Notes: generated from the letters alone by a model not told the origin. Counted from the whole stretch's first letter, positions 11,173 to 24,542 are shown. The stretch is DNA of 61,338 bases, filler included, from Sphacelaria rigidula (GCA_964200075.2; 11 parts of 11 records of this genome joined end to end with filler, not necessarily neighbours in it); one strand, 5' to 3'. Program-made: numbers and translations.

Positions 11173-14100
11173 ATCTATCGATTACAGTGGGTGTCCAACC
11201 ATCGCCAGATAGATCAAAAACAATATGCCGTAAGTGAGGGGGAATGTCATCCCACAACTTTTGAAAACTGGCGCGTTGTTCTGGAGAAAATCTATCCAGT
11301 AATGCAGTTGGGGGTTGAGGGTCAGGCGCATCTGGTGGATTTGTCACCACCATGGGGTCAGACGTGTGTAGCGGAGTGGGGCCCGTGGATTTCGGGGGGT
11401 CGGTCGGCGAGTTGTTGATCGCAGGGGGACACACATCTGACAGGGCTGTTCGTATGAGAGGCGCTTGAGCATAACCCAACAACTGACCGTTGAGTATACC
11501 GAAACATGCAGAGGATGAGGTAAATGGCCTGCCTACCTTCGTGGACAAAGACTTCGGTCTGTTCAAACGGGCCAACCTGTGCTTGGTCAGGTTTGAGCAA
11601 CTCGACCAAATAATGTCCTGTGAGGGCGGGCGATTCATTGCGTCTCACGAGGTTCACTTGTATTAGTTGGGGTTCACGAGAAAGCGAGACTACGGTTTCA
11701 CCAACATAGTACAGACGGAAAGCATTACCTGTTTTCGTGGGATCATCCTCATAAGCATGAGCTCCCGAATCAGTGTCGAAGTGACCCAGAGACAGTTCAC
11801 CTGTTACTGGACGGGTCGGGACAGGTGCGTCCGTCGTATACGTATGTGTGGAAAAACAAAGCTACCTATCTCGACCCAACAAAACATCAAAAGACATGGA
11901 GCCGTCGGGCACTACCAGTGCCCATGCGGACAACCGTGCAGTGGGAGTAGTATCCTGGTAAAATTGTACACCTAGTCTCACCGATTGATTGACCGTAGAC
12001 GATGTGGAGGAACCAAACCCACCAAAAACACGAGGGTGCACGGTGGACAGACAATGCTCGTCCGCCGCGCCCGCGTTGATCATGTGTTGCCAGCAGCTGG
12101 CGGTAATGAACGTTTGAGGTGAACCCGAGTCTCGTAGCGCAAGAGCTATCAAATGACAGCTTGCACGCGCTCCACTATGTAAACCTATTTTGGTCGTAAA
12201 AGAACCATCATCCAGAGTTACAGTACCACTGACGAGATCGGGCGCGAATGCGGGTATGACATCTGACACATCCTGTTTCGCGTTTTGAACAAAGGTGCTG
12301 AAATACACCCGTTTATGATCCTGTGGAAAAACGTTTGGTCGGAAGGATGGTGCGTGCATGGAGTGTTAGTGTTTGTGCCTGGAATATTTGTCTCATCAGT
12401 CGAGGGTTGAATCTCATATACTGCAACGGAGGGGCGATGCCGGGCAAGGGCAGTTGTCGTGGTTGGACCCGACAACTTGTCTATGCTTGGTGTTTCACCC
12501 TTATCGACCAACAGAGGGGGCGAATCGTCATTGTGCAAAGCGGGATCAATTACATTATCCAGCTTGGTCGAAACAGGGGACGATTCATCGGGGCGCGGTG
12601 TTGAGTTTGATACGCCAACCAATTCAATACCATCACTAGTTAGGGCCAACATGGGAGGTTTCGGAGACGATTCGTCAGGACGCGGGGTTGGTAAAGCTGT
12701 ACTGTTCAACCCGACGTCTATTTAAGGGGCCAACATGGGCGAGTTAGGAGACGAGTCGTCTTGCGTAACACTTTGTTTGCCTGGTGACGAACACACGATT
12801 GAGGTGTCTTCATGACTAGGATGCGAACGTCCATGAATCGGCGAAGTCTCTGTCCCTACAGACGGCAACGCTTCATCGGAAATGGATTCTAACGTAGTGC
12901 ACGCGGGGTGGTCAGGGAGCAGTAGCGATCTGTTCGAAATCTGGGGAGTACCGGCCTGTTCCACTCTCAGGTTTTCATCTGTCTGAGCCCACACGCAATC
13001 TCCTCCTTGGAGTTCACGTGCGCTTGCTACATCAGGGTTATCTACATGATCATCTGGAGGAGCTCGTCTCTGGTGACGCGTATAGCGCACGAAAGGATCG
13101 GCGGCTCCAGGAGCTATTGAAATGAGTTTTTGGACAGTCGAACCTAGGTCACGCTCTTGGCGCACCACCTGAGTCGCTGTCACTTGGGGTTCCATTCCAA
13201 CCCGCTGAGCGACGGAAAGCATGGGTTCTTTGGGGTTGCGGCCCTTCAAGGAATACATACGCTCATCAAATAAAAGGGAACCGGGTACGGTAGTTTTTGC
13301 AGAACTCGGTAGGTGGTTAACCGGGCACTTGACCAGTTGGGGGGTGCTTGAGTATGTGGCTTCGAATTTGGTGTCCTCCACTGAACAGGCGAAGGGACAG
13401 CGACTACCGCACCACAAGATATTTCGGCTCCTGATGCGGTAGAAACTGCACTACATGACTTCCTCTCCCCCGAAGAGAAGGGATTTGATTGAATATGATT
13501 AGTACCGGGTGCATGTAAAACTGGGTGATCAAATCCAGGGTTAAAACGTTGGGTTTGGTCATTGCTCAATTGGTAGCCATGCAACGGTGCACGGGCTTCG
13601 ACTGTCTTGGAACCCTTCAAGGCAGTGTCAGCATTTCCAGGGAACCCACACCACATGGTTGAACCCGCGGTGGCCGCCGTTGATTCACGTGTGTGATGTG
13701 TGTGGCCTAGCCGAGCGAAAGAAAATTGTTGACATAAAAGTGTTGGGTACTTCTGCAGTGAATTGCCGGTTATTGTATATTTCTAATTGTGGGATCGTAC
13801 CAACTAAATCAGAACATTGACTACAGAGGTAAAAAAACAAATAGGCAGGTGGCGGCGCTTAGCTTTTGGGCTAGGCAACGCGTCCCGGGTTACCCCACTG
13901 TATGCTATTTGGAATCTCCGCAATTTGTAGAACGTTCCCAAAAGGTTGTCAAGTTGTGAGGTGAGCATCAGTGCTGTGTGGGTACCGCCCTGGCGGGGTT
14001 CAGCCGCGGCACTAGGTCGACTCATGTGTATACGTCTACCGTTTTGTGAGTGAGCCGGTGCATGTGGTTGAAAGCGTGCCAGGTCAGGTGGGTCAGGCGG

Positions 14101-14971
14101 TGAATCAGTTGTCGCTTTGGGGGCGGAGCAGGCGACCGTACGAACGCAGTTGTGATTGCCAGACTTGCCAACATAGTCCAAAATGATGCGAAGCTTCCAA
14201 GTGTCTTCTTGTTAGCACTTTATATTCTTGCTCCGCAATTTCCAGAGCCTTTGTGGATGTGCGTATCGCGCGTTCTAGTTCGTTCTGTTCCGTTGGCTTC
14301 TTCTCGGGGTGGACATCTAAATTATGGGGGGCCTGGGCGGGCTCCTGGCCCATTGTAGATACCTGTAGGCGGGCAAATTCCAACTCTCTGTGCTCGAGTT
14401 CCATGTGGTGTGCTAGATTGTTACCGCGGATCTGATCCTAGCACGCTGTTTGCTCAGCCTTTGAGAAGTTGTACCAATGGCGCGATGGAATGAAGGCCGG
14501 ACGCTTTTGCCAAAGCCGGTCGTGTGTTTCGTCATTCGTGGGCAGGTATTGTTCCAATGTGGGTGACGGATCAAAAGCCAGAGTGGGGCGGTCAGAGGAA
14601 TCAGCCCCGGTTTGGGTGCCGAGGATATCGCCAGGAAAGGATTTCATAGCATCAGGGCTCACGTGAAGAGATGCCATCTGAGAATGAAGAGTGGGAACAG
14701 CGTCAGCGTTTTGGGTGGCTACTTGGTGTGTAGTGGTATCATCGAAATCTTCCGCCACATCTCTAAAAATACGTGCTGCAAGAACGCTATCATTGTCGAA
14801 ACAGTCCGGTTTGTTGTTGTTAACCGTCTCACTACGCATGGTTTGGGTTGACTTGTACAGTTGTTCACCAGTGGCTAGGGATCGCACCGTTCTTCGTGAC
14901 ATCGTGCTCCGATGAAGTCGAAGGGCGGTTGATATCAGACATTGCTTGTGCACCTGCGCAATTTGCGCCAA
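11173..14971 (-). mobile_element. Decayed Ty3/Gypsy LTR retrotransposon, gag-like to protease and pre-RT region
   Basis: AL(R)DSGSPQTFI and FDVLLGRD protease motifs (11862-12359). LVRRNESPALTGHYL and PPTALLDRFSPEQRASFQKLWDDIPPHLRHIVFDL are homologous to the contig-6 pol. Multiple stops and frameshifts. Confidence 0.85.
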
Positions 14972-15211
14972 ACCGGTAACGTAAAGATGCAGAGGTTGAA
15001 AAGTGAACGTTTCGGAGTGGAATGGAGCATCGTTGTTGAGAACTGAGGCGGCGTGAACAAAAATAAAAGGAACAGAGTGGCGGGGTACTGTCGGCAGTCG
15101 ATGGACATGTAGTTCTGCGCACTCCGCACATGCATGAGGTCTAACACCTTTTCAATCAGGCGCAGACGAGAGGTAAAAAAAACTATGTCGGAGGTGCACA
15201 ACAACCCGCAG

Positions 15212-15228
15212 GTGTGTGTGTGTGTGTG

Positions 15229-15263
<35 letters not shown>

Positions 15264-15466
15264 TGGAAAACATTGTAACAGCAAAAGACGAGAAAACGAA
15301 GGTTGTCACAACCAACAGACATACAGTGTCTGTCAAAAGCGCATCAGCGCATCAACAAACCTGTATGCCATGAAGGGACATACGTGTGGAACGCAGCGAA
15401 CCGCAACGTCAACCGTTTAGTCCTGTCTTGAGAACATTTTGAGGTTTGAGAGGAAACACACGCACA

Positions 15467-15509
<43 letters not shown>
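15212..15509. repeat. (GT)n tract 15212-15263 and (CA)n tract 15457-15509
   Basis: Seen directly in the sequence. Confidence 0.95.
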
Positions 15510-15511
<2 letters not shown>

Positions 15512-16758
15512 TCGGATGCCGTACCGTATTTCCAGAGGCAATATCAGCGCAGTCGGCGATACTCATATAAGGGCACCGCCTAGTTCACTGAAAATAGCCG
15601 AGTTGGCGTCTTGGTGACGTACATCGTCCAGGTAGACAGTTAATAAATGAGCAAACACAACCGGAATACAAATGTGTAGTGCAGTGCAGACAGCAGCGTA
15701 AAAAGCACCAGTCAATGAAATGCTGTGTGGCACAGTACAGTACGCATGGATCTTCACGTGGTCCAGCGGGCGTGGTCGACAGTGCAGTACGATACCAATT
15801 TGCTCGCATCACCTGAAAAAAAAATCCGACACAACGTTATGCCCGCGCCGTGTTCTTGTCTACAATGCAATATAGATGACTTCGTTCAGATAGTGTAGCA
15901 TTACCAACGCATGCTACAGTACGGCACCTCACCGTCCGCAGGATATCCCCCGCTGGGACTATTTGTAATTGAAATGGTGCTGTACTGTGGTCAGTACGTC
16001 GATTCGGAACAATGTTTCAACGGGAAAGGTGAGTCGCCTTCTGGACGACCAAGTATGTACTGTAGTGCGTGTTGGTGGGGCGGCAATCAAACTGTAGTAT
16101 ACACTAGTGCCGTACAAAAGTAACGAAAGTACAGGGTCGAGCACTTGTGTACAAGTAACATGAGCCTCGCGCATCGTCGTGTTCAATCATTCTCGTGTAC
16201 AAACAACATTCTTATCCTGGTCCATCATGCCGCATCGATATAATTCGGGGCGCATGGTGGCTCAACGTTCCGTGTTTGGGCAAGAAAAGTCGTATGTACA
16301 GCGGCGGCGGTTGAAATAGCCCGCGAACTCTTTACCTGCAAGCATGAATCGGCGCGTGTTTGGACACATGTCGATCGATTCAGTTGATACAGAATCGACG
16401 GACTGTGAGCAGGGGCGCTTGCGGGGGTAGGTGGTCGGGAGGGTGGTGAAAAAGCTAGGGACCCTTGAGGGGCGTATCTAAACAAGGAACGTACGAGCGG
16501 TTCAATTATCCAAGAACCGCCCGTGGGTGAAAAATGACACGGCACTTCAGATCGAGTGTGCATGAAAACGCTATGCGTTCTCTGTGCAGTGCAAAATGTT
16601 GCCACAGTCGCTTGGCTTGTACCGTCGATATGACCTGCAGGGTGCGGGGAATATGCTTNNNNNNNNNNNNNNNNNNNNNNNNNNNNNNNNNNNNNNNNNN
16701 NNTTAATTAATTAANNNNNNNNNNNNNNNNNNNNNNNNNNNNNNNNNNNNNNNNNNNN

Positions 16759-17995
16759 CCAGGGCGGGCAGTTTATGTAGCAGGGAGTAGTACTTCGGTG
16801 GGTGGTGCTGGAGCGGACAGCTCGCAAACCACCGGCCAGGCTGGATCCGTGTCTGGTATCGCTCCCGCTACTGCGACGGCGGCGACGGCGCCGTCTACAT
16901 ACACGGAATCTTGGGCGGGGTGGAACGCCGATGCGGTGTCGACGATGCCACTTTCTGGAGCGCAACCTTGGCGACAGGTGACTGTAGCCAACAATCAAGG
17001 TTTCCCCCCGACAGGTGTAGTGCCTGTCGATCGCACTGCACAATGCCTCCGTGCTGACCTTTCTTTGCCAGGTACGGTAGGATCATTGATGGCACGAGTT
17101 ATTCTGGACTCTGGGTCCGCACTTACGTGTATCAGCGTGGGTTTACTGGCTCAGTTGTCTTCGCTCTGCGGCAACGCTCAATTACAGTTGCCGTTCCAGA
17201 ACGGTCCCCAAACCGCTCACACCGCTACGGGAGAGCCCGTGACGGTAACACACAAGACGGTACCAATCTCCGTAAGTGTACGCACTCCGTGGGGGGCTGT
17301 GCAGATGCCACCCATCACCTTCGCTGTTATGCCCGGTAGAGATGATGTCATTCTCTTCGGCATGGCAACGATAAAGCAAATCGGCATTGATTTGTATCCT
17401 CTGGCGTTGGAGAAGTTACGCCCCCATGCCGTGCCGATTCAGACGGACGTTGAAAATTCTAGTTATCTAGCGGCTAGGCGGGTGACCATCTCTGTCGATG
17501 CGTTTCAAACTGAGTGTGTGAAGGAAACTCCTGCGGATGAGGCAGTGGAGCGATTGGTGGACCGGGGCCCGGACATGTTTCTGGACCCTGCAGAAGAGAA
17601 GGAGGGGAGAGATCGCGCGCTGGCAGATAGCGTGCGACAGGCCGAACAGCAGGGCCTGAGCGCCGAGGGCGCTTATCGTCTGCGCGATATTTTGTCTCGT
17701 CGCGTAGACACATTTAGACGTGCGCTGTGCGGTGATCCGCCAGCGCGCGTAGAGCCGATGCGCGTGCAACTCAAGCCGCAGGCGAAGGCTGTAAAGGCCA
17801 AGCCGAGGCGATACGATCCGGTGAAAACCGGGTGGCTGGCGGCATGCATCGCAGCTTTGGTGACGATGGGTCTAGTGGTAAGGAACATCCAGGTTGTGTG
17901 GGCAAGTCCGGCGATGACGGTGCCGAAAAGGGATACATTCCGTCTGGTCAGCGACTAACAGGCGGTGAACGCGCAAGTGGAACGGTCTCCAGGAA
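16759..17995 (+). mobile_element. pol: Ty3/Gypsy pol fragment: aspartic protease and start of RT
   Basis: VILDSGSALT, DVILFG and WASPAMTVPKRDTFRLVSD, then a premature TAA at 17956-17958. Confidence 0.85.
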
Positions 17996-18350
17996 ATACG
18001 GAGTTTTGACCAAGGAACATAGGCAATTCAGAGGGAACAATGCACCGGGAAGACATACTGTAGATGCCAAAATCAGAGACGACGGAACGGGACGCTTTCA
18101 ACTATTTTAGAAGAACCCCCGTTTCGGATTTTATCAGTTTATTGTCATCCTATGCTGATATCCTTTCATGCCGACCCTGAAATGCGAGACTGCATCCCGT
18201 ACCTCCCGCCTCGCCAACAAATGACGGTATGACTGGTCCGAACTCTGTTTGCAAAGCACAGCCTGTACTCGTTCTGTAGTTCAGTGGTTACTTTGCGAAA
18301 ACTAATGTACTGTACTGTACCCCCTCCTGCATGGCTTCGCGTCCCCCTGA

Positions 18351-19124
18351 GGCGGCGTCTTATCAGAAGTGATTATCACTTTTCAAAAAATCACTTTTGG
18401 AGAAATGATTGCCCCCACAACGACCAGTGTTGTGTCTTATCGATAGACAGTTGTGTTCAGATCGAAGCCCAGATCTGCGCACAGGTAAAAAATGCGGCGA
18501 TTCTGGAAGTGCCCGTTGGTCCAAAATGCCTGTACTGCTGCGGACAAGACGCAAAGAGGTAACACAGCGCCGATCCACCTAGCTACGAATACAGACTGAT
18601 ATATATTCACCAATCACGCGAGTTAGCTCAAGCGCTAGCTCTTGATCATCTACACACGACAGCCTTTCTTTGACGGAAATCCGTCCAGTATTAGATGAAA
18701 GGCGGCAGCGTGCGTGTCAACTACCAACCGAAAACGTGCTGTTGCTGACTGTTTTTGAGCGTGTGCTGTGCGCGCGTCTGCAAATAATCATTTCTCACTG
18801 AATTCTGAACCGATTTGAACAAGGTTACGAACAGCGTGTTCAGCTGGTTAGCAGCAAAGAATGGAGCGGTGTGTTTTGGTTTTAGAGGGCAATGCAATCC
18901 TCAGGTTCACGTTTGATTGTGTTGACTTGTCTGTCAAGACTTCGGTTATGCCCCTGTCAACGGGATGTTGTATGTTCCCGTTCGAGGTGTCACGAAATCA
19001 CTTTTGTAAAAGCGGATTTCTGGCACTTTTTGGAGGAGGTGGTATCGCAGCAACCAATCATCGGTCGTTTTTTCACAAAAGTGATTTATTGAAATGTGAT
19101 AATCACTTCTGATGAAACCCCGCC
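18351..19124. mobile_element. 774-bp non-autonomous PIF/Harbinger-like element
   Basis: About 55-bp imperfect TIRs starting GGCGG (atcagaagtgattatcac core). 3-bp TSD TGA at 18348-18350 and 19125-19127. Confidence 0.8.
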
Positions 19125-19864
19125 TGACTGCCGTACAATGTAGGAAAACGATAAAAATGAAGGCGGCCGGAAATAGGAAGAGGCACAGTCTTACGCCAAA
19201 AAAAAAATCTTACGCCAAGATTCCCGCATACAAAAATCATGGGCACCTCATGTAGCTTCCGACGGTTCGACAGGGTTTAGTGCTGTACTTTCAGTACAAA
19301 TCAAGGGTTATTTTGCTTGTGGAAATCTCCGCGGGGGGGGGGTGTTTGAACCAGCCTGAAACTTGGCACAGAGGTAGACCACAACACAGACAGCATAGTC
19401 CCGGAGCGGCGGCACGTTTTATGTGGTGCGCTAGTTAAACGAAGCAAAATACGGATTTTGGGCAATGCCATCGATATGCCCTCAAACCGCAGTGCCCTCG
19501 GCCCAGACTGCGTGAGACGTCAGTGGATGCATATGTCATGGCTCGATACTCTATACCAAGGTGGGAGTGGTGCCAGTTCAGTGGGCACCAGGCTAGCGGG
19601 CCCAAACACAATCATCAGCATCGAAGCCATTGAGCTCGATTTACCATGTGGGGAGTCAACCCACACACCAATGACCAGGCGCCATGCCTAGAGTTCACGC
19701 CGAAGAATAGAGCCCATGCGCCTTGGCTCATAAATGTATTTGCATGTTACAAAATTGGAACCAGACAAGTCCAAGGAACGACAAAAAAAAGAAGAAACAA
19801 AAACAGGCACACTCGCAATTCACACTGAAGAGTACGGTACCAACAATTCTTCTTGCTTATTTGA

Positions 19865-19878
19865 CAACCCCCTTCCCT
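19865..19878 (-). promoter_or_regulatory. Polypurine tract and TG start of the 3' LTR
   Basis: Minus strand AGGGAAGGGGG-t-TGTC, about 60 nt after the integrase stop. Confidence 0.6.
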
Positions 19879-19938
19879 GTGCAATGATATCCTGTACCAT
19901 TTCATATACCGACTATTCCTACATATTCCCACTCCAGT

Positions 19939-22243
19939 TCAAAGTAGGGGTCCTTTTTCCCGCGTTGAGCGGTCTAGTTCCTGGCGGGATAGCTCCTCCC
20001 AGCCTCCGTCTTCGTATCGTACTCGCCAAAAGCGACTCCCGTAGTCATACACCTGACCCTTGACCTTGAGACCTCGAAAGTCTTTCCAGAAAGTAACACC
20101 TATTGGGAAAAGCTTCAAGGCATCACTGCGCGAAAGGGGAGCGGGGCGCTTCTTGGAGTGCGGGGGCGGATTGGGTGCAACTGCGGGGTTGTACAGGTGC
20201 CAAAGTGCGTGGAAAGCGTCTAGTTCCAAAGAGGAAAAGCTGTTTCGGAGCTGGCTCTATGGCAGCCAGGCTGACACCTTCCCTTCCAACGACCTGGCCT
20301 TGTATTCCATTGTTTCGTGCCGGTCATGGAGTAGATCTCTCGGCGGTCCAAAAAAGTGACGAACTCGTGAGTTTGGGGAGGAGCGGTGTTGGATTTGCAA
20401 TCTGAATCCCATACGTATTGAGCGAACTCGTCGGCTATCGAGTGCCTGAGATGCGGTGGGCGAACATTGAAGGGTTTCACGTCGGAGACTGCTACTCTAC
20501 GTGTACGACGTTTGCGCCCCTGCATGACTACCTCTACACTGAGACCGGTCATCAGCACTTCCTTCACTCTCCAGGGCCCCGTGTACCTTTCGTGTTGCAG
20601 TTTCCTACCCTTACCGTCCCGATGTATCGTGCTGTCTGCTTCGCGTACCATGACCAGATCCCCTTCTCTCGCCGCCACTCCGGGAGAAGGTCTCAAGCTT
20701 GAGGCGTTCATCTTCGCACGAGTCGATGCTTTCACGGCGTGTCTTTTGTTAAGAGCTAGACGTACCTCCTTGAGGTTTTGTCTACGTTGCTGCACGAAGG
20801 TATCCAGACCGTTACTTGATTCCTTCTCCTGGCTCAGGGGAATGAGCGAATCTAGAGACGTGCGGGGTTCACGACCGAACAAAAGCTCAAATGGGGACAT
20901 GTCTGAGTGTAGGGAAACGTCTGGCAAGGTACGCTTGATCCAGAGCGCTGGGGAGACATACTCGCCCCATCTCTGGGGCCACGACCTACACAGCTCTGCC
21001 AGCATGTCTAGTAGCCATCCCCCCAGCTTCTCGACTGCTCCTTGGCCTCTGGGGTGATCAGAGGGCCCAAAAGCAATGTCTGCTTTCAGCCACCTGCACA
21101 GGTGTGTCACCACCTCAGCTCTAAATTCGCTTCCTCCATCACTGCGGATTTTGCGGGGGATACCGAATGTCAAGCAGAGTTCAGCAAGGATGCAAGCTAC
21201 ACTTTCAGCCTGCTTTGTTTGAAGTGCGAAGCCGAAGGGAAACTTGGAGGCTCGGTCTACGATCAAAATAATGTACTTGTTGTTCGTAAGAGATGCAGTG
21301 TCTATGCCCAGTAGGTCCATCTCCAACTCTTCCCATGGTTCTACGGCTCGTCCCGGTGTCATTGCAATCTTACAGCTATTGGACCTCTTCCTCCTTCTAC
21401 AGCTGCAAGATAACACGTACAGTCTGGTATCCTTTACAATTGACGGCCAGAAAAAGCGATCTCGCATCATAGACAGCGTGGCTCCTACTCCGATATGGCC
21501 ATGTAGAGAGTGTACCAATGCCAAGATGTCAGGTACCATAACCGAGGGGATGGCTAGCAACGGTTTCTTAAGTGTCCTTCGTTAGCCACGCCACACCTTG
21601 ATCGTCCAGACTGTATTGGTGTGCAACGTCGTCACTCACCCTAATCTTGACATCATTTTCTGTACTGGGTTCCTCCGGTACCTCGTCGACACTCGCCACA
21701 ATCTCGTAGTCTGCATTACTCGTATTGGGCACCTCCTTTCCCCCCTGCACCTCGTCTGTACTCATCGTACTCTTGCCATCCTTGCCATCCTTGCCATTCG
21801 TACAGTGTTCCTTCTCTGCCTTTAGTATCGATCTCACCTGCCCCAGGAACGGGTCCTCCTCCTGTGCGCGTTTCAGCGCGGATGCGTTTGTCAACATCTG
21901 GATCGCCCTCTTGAATGCCGACGTATCCACTGCAGTTTTCACGGTAGACGAGGGTTTGTCCCCCCCGGCGATGAGCACCTCTTCCACTTCCGGCCTCTCA
22001 CTGACCGGGGCAGGGGTGATGGGAGTAGGCTCCCTCGTTGGGGCTTCGATAGGTGTGATACCTACCGACGGCTGAAGGTTCATCTGAACATCTGTGGGCA
22101 CGGAATGTATGCGAGCAGTGCCTGGGAACTGCAAGCGTACGGACGGACAGCGAATTCTGGGGGAACGACAGGGTGATTCGTCTTCTATCGACGCGCAGTC
22201 AGCGAACGGGAGCGATCGCGAGGTGCTTACGTATCTCGTCTCA
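19939..22243 (-). mobile_element. pol: Ty3/Gypsy integrase region (HHCC, DDE, GPW-like motif, chromo-like and Tudor-like tail), decayed
   Basis: VHSLHGH..FFWP..CSC; ELEMDLL / RSDGGSEF / GAVEKL; RYTGPWRV. A frameshift near 20310 continues WEYKARSLEGKVSAWLP*SQL..LDAFH, then FWKDFRG..GQVYDY..WRVRYEDGGWEEL. Confidence 0.92.
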
Positions 22244-22343
22244 NNNNNNNNNNNNNNNNNNNNNNNNNNNNNNNNNNNNNNNNNNNNTTAATTAATTAAN
22301 NNNNNNNNNNNNNNNNNNNNNNNNNNNNNNNNNNNNNNNNNNN

Positions 22344-22731
22344 ATTTCCGTTTGAGTGCAAGCCTGGTCCGGCGAAAACCCGGCGTGCTCCGTCTCGCCT
22401 TTGTAGGGGTGCGAGGCCAACGGTCTTATGAATATCACAGGCAAGATCATGAGTACCCCCCCCCTCCCCGGCATTGTACGGATGCGAGGTCAATGGTCTT
22501 ATCAAAGCATCTCTCTCCCGGTACTCGCCCTGGAGTTTGGTATCGTGGTTTGGATTAGCATTCCCGCACCGCGTCGGATCCCGTCAAATGAACTTCCTTT
22601 GCTACGCACGTTCTCATGTTGGCAAAAACGGAAATGAGGCACCTCTCAACAAGAAAGAAACAAATGCCTCTGCTGGGAATCGGGCACGCATCTTCCCGAG
22701 TGGTACCATTTGACCTGACCACCGGGGCGAC
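22344..22731 (-). mobile_element. SINE-like element with a degenerate tRNA-derived head
   Basis: Starts gtcgccccggtgg like 11009, with degenerate B box gcccgattcc. The 3' extent is uncertain. Confidence 0.5.
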
Positions 22732-22844
22732 TTACGCATACCGTAGAACTGTTGTTGTATAACACCACACCTCCGCCAACCAGTTTCCCCTTACCCCCCC
22801 CCCCCCGCGCGCTTTTTCTCCGCGCTGCGTTCGACGCCATACAG

Positions 22845-23001
22845 GAGTGGCTTGCGTCTTATCTTAACACCCACCTGGAAGGGGGCACGTTCCTGGGCCG
22901 CTTGCTACCGTTAGACCCGAACGGCGCGGACGTTTTGGACAGGTTTCACGATGGCATACTCCTGTGTCGGCTCGTGTGCCTGGCCTTCCCCGACTCAATA
23001 G
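22845..23001 (+). CDS. Exon of a calponin-homology protein (fimbrin/plastin CH1-like), first half of CH domain
   Basis: cag|..|gtga, phase 1 out. EWLASYLNTHL..LLPLDP..FHDGILLCRLV..FPDSI. Confidence 0.85.
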
Positions 23002-23689
23002 GTGATTCAAACGCCTACCGTACATGCTATCCCTCTGTCTGTGTGTCTCTGTCCGTCTTGTCATGCGGAATATATCACCCCCTCCACTTTGATACACATT
23101 GCCGCGATCACACCGTACATCGCCCCAAAGTGTGCTGTCGGGAGAGTCTGAGCGGTGTATGTCGTGGAGTTGTAATGTGCACACACTGGACAATAAATAG
23201 ATTCTTTTGTAAAAAATGCACTGCGTATAGAATGAAATCTATTTTCTGTTGGAATAGGCGTAATAGTCGATATTGTACGCAGTACTCTTTGTGACTGTGT
23301 ATTCATTGTATTGTCCAGGGTGTGGTATTTTGGTGCACCTGTACGAAAAACATCGACAGCGTGATTTTCTCCTCTTGTGTGCATAGTCAACTTTCAAAAC
23401 CTCACGCATATGCTTGATGTATCTGTACTTCCTCTGTGCCATACGTAGAGCTCGTTATGTTTACACGGGCCTTTGACCGCGTCCGATGCCTTAGGCGATA
23501 ACTTTATTGAAATCTTTGGCGCTTTTTTGAGTTGAAATCTCTCTCTTCTTTTTCTTCGCGCATCACCTTGCATGGGTGAACGGCCGATAAAAAACATAGT
23601 CGGTCCGAGAATGGCGATATATATGTCGCCCCTATTCGGGAGAAGAAACAAAAAAAGAAAGACGATTCTGCTTGTCGGCCTTTCGGAGT

Positions 23690-23980
23690 GTCGGCCTTTG
23701 TTGGAGTAATAAGTAACGGCCGCCCGCTCCCACGTCTGCTCACGAGATTGAGCTCCTTGATGTCGACAATCCGAGCCTTGCACTTTTCCCATAGTTTTGT
23801 TGCGTACACGGGACCAACACCGTAGGGCTCGGTGAGCGGACCTAGGATGCCCTTCGGCACCCTTGACTTGCCAGACAGGGTGGCCAGCACTATCTCCACC
23901 GCACCAGCGTATCTGCGTCCCAACGATACTTCGGCGCCCCGTTCGCGACATGGGGATATGTGCACGGGAGAGTCCATTGC
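23690..23980 (-). pseudogene. Intronic mariner-like transposase N-terminal (HTH) fragment
   Basis: SRVPKGILGPLTEPYGVGPVYATKLWEK..NLVSRRGSGRP resembles Tc1/mariner N-terminal HTH plus GRP motif. No DDD/E core seen. Confidence 0.45.
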
Positions 23981-24159
23981 GGTTGGGGTAGGTAGTGGGC
24001 AATTCTAAGGAGTTCCGAAAAAACGGGCAATTCTAAGAACAAGTCTACAAAATTCCCCCCCCCCCAAAAAACAAAACATGGACAAATTCGTCCCTAGGCT
24101 CATCAGTGTGACCCGGATATATATATATATATATATATATATTTATGTTCCAATGATTC

Positions 24160-24286
24160 CTTCTTTTCTTCAGCGAGTATTTCAGTATTCCCTTCCTTGG
24201 GTACTTCTGTCATGCGACCACGGCTGGACCCCTGGGGGGTCAGTTCAAGTGCGACAGTCAATCAAATCAAATCAAATCAATCAATG
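24160..24286 (+). repeat. Retroposon-like 3' end with (TCAAA/TCAA)n tail
   Basis: Ends tcaatcaaatcaaatcaaatcaatcaat. Confidence 0.45.
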
Positions 24287-24542
24287 AATGGGCATCTCCA
24301 TAACAGTATTTTCTCAACAAAACTAGCTATATAATCAGCGTGATCACCTCCGCTGGGGGGCTACGATCTGCACCCCATGACTGACTTTACCCCCCGCGCA
24401 GAGCCAGTATCTGCGTAGCCTACCGTACTCTATACATGCCGTAATCTTATTCAAAACTTCGCTACCCTTCGCGCCCTGATCGTCAGTCAGACTGGCACTG
24501 CACTATAGCTTACGCGGATTCCGTGGGTTCGAATCGCAACAG

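Noticed and set aside
19745..19866. Complete 122-bp 3' LTR (TG..CA)
   Set aside because: No second LTR to confirm the distal end. Only the PPT/TG junction is supported.
20467..21057. 196-aa plus-strand ORF, and similar ORFs opposite the RCC1 and Rid exons
   Set aside because: Antisense shadows of real coding sequence.
16759..22243. One retroelement spanning contig 4
   Set aside because: The protease/RT and integrase fragments are on opposite strands and separated by unrelated DNA.
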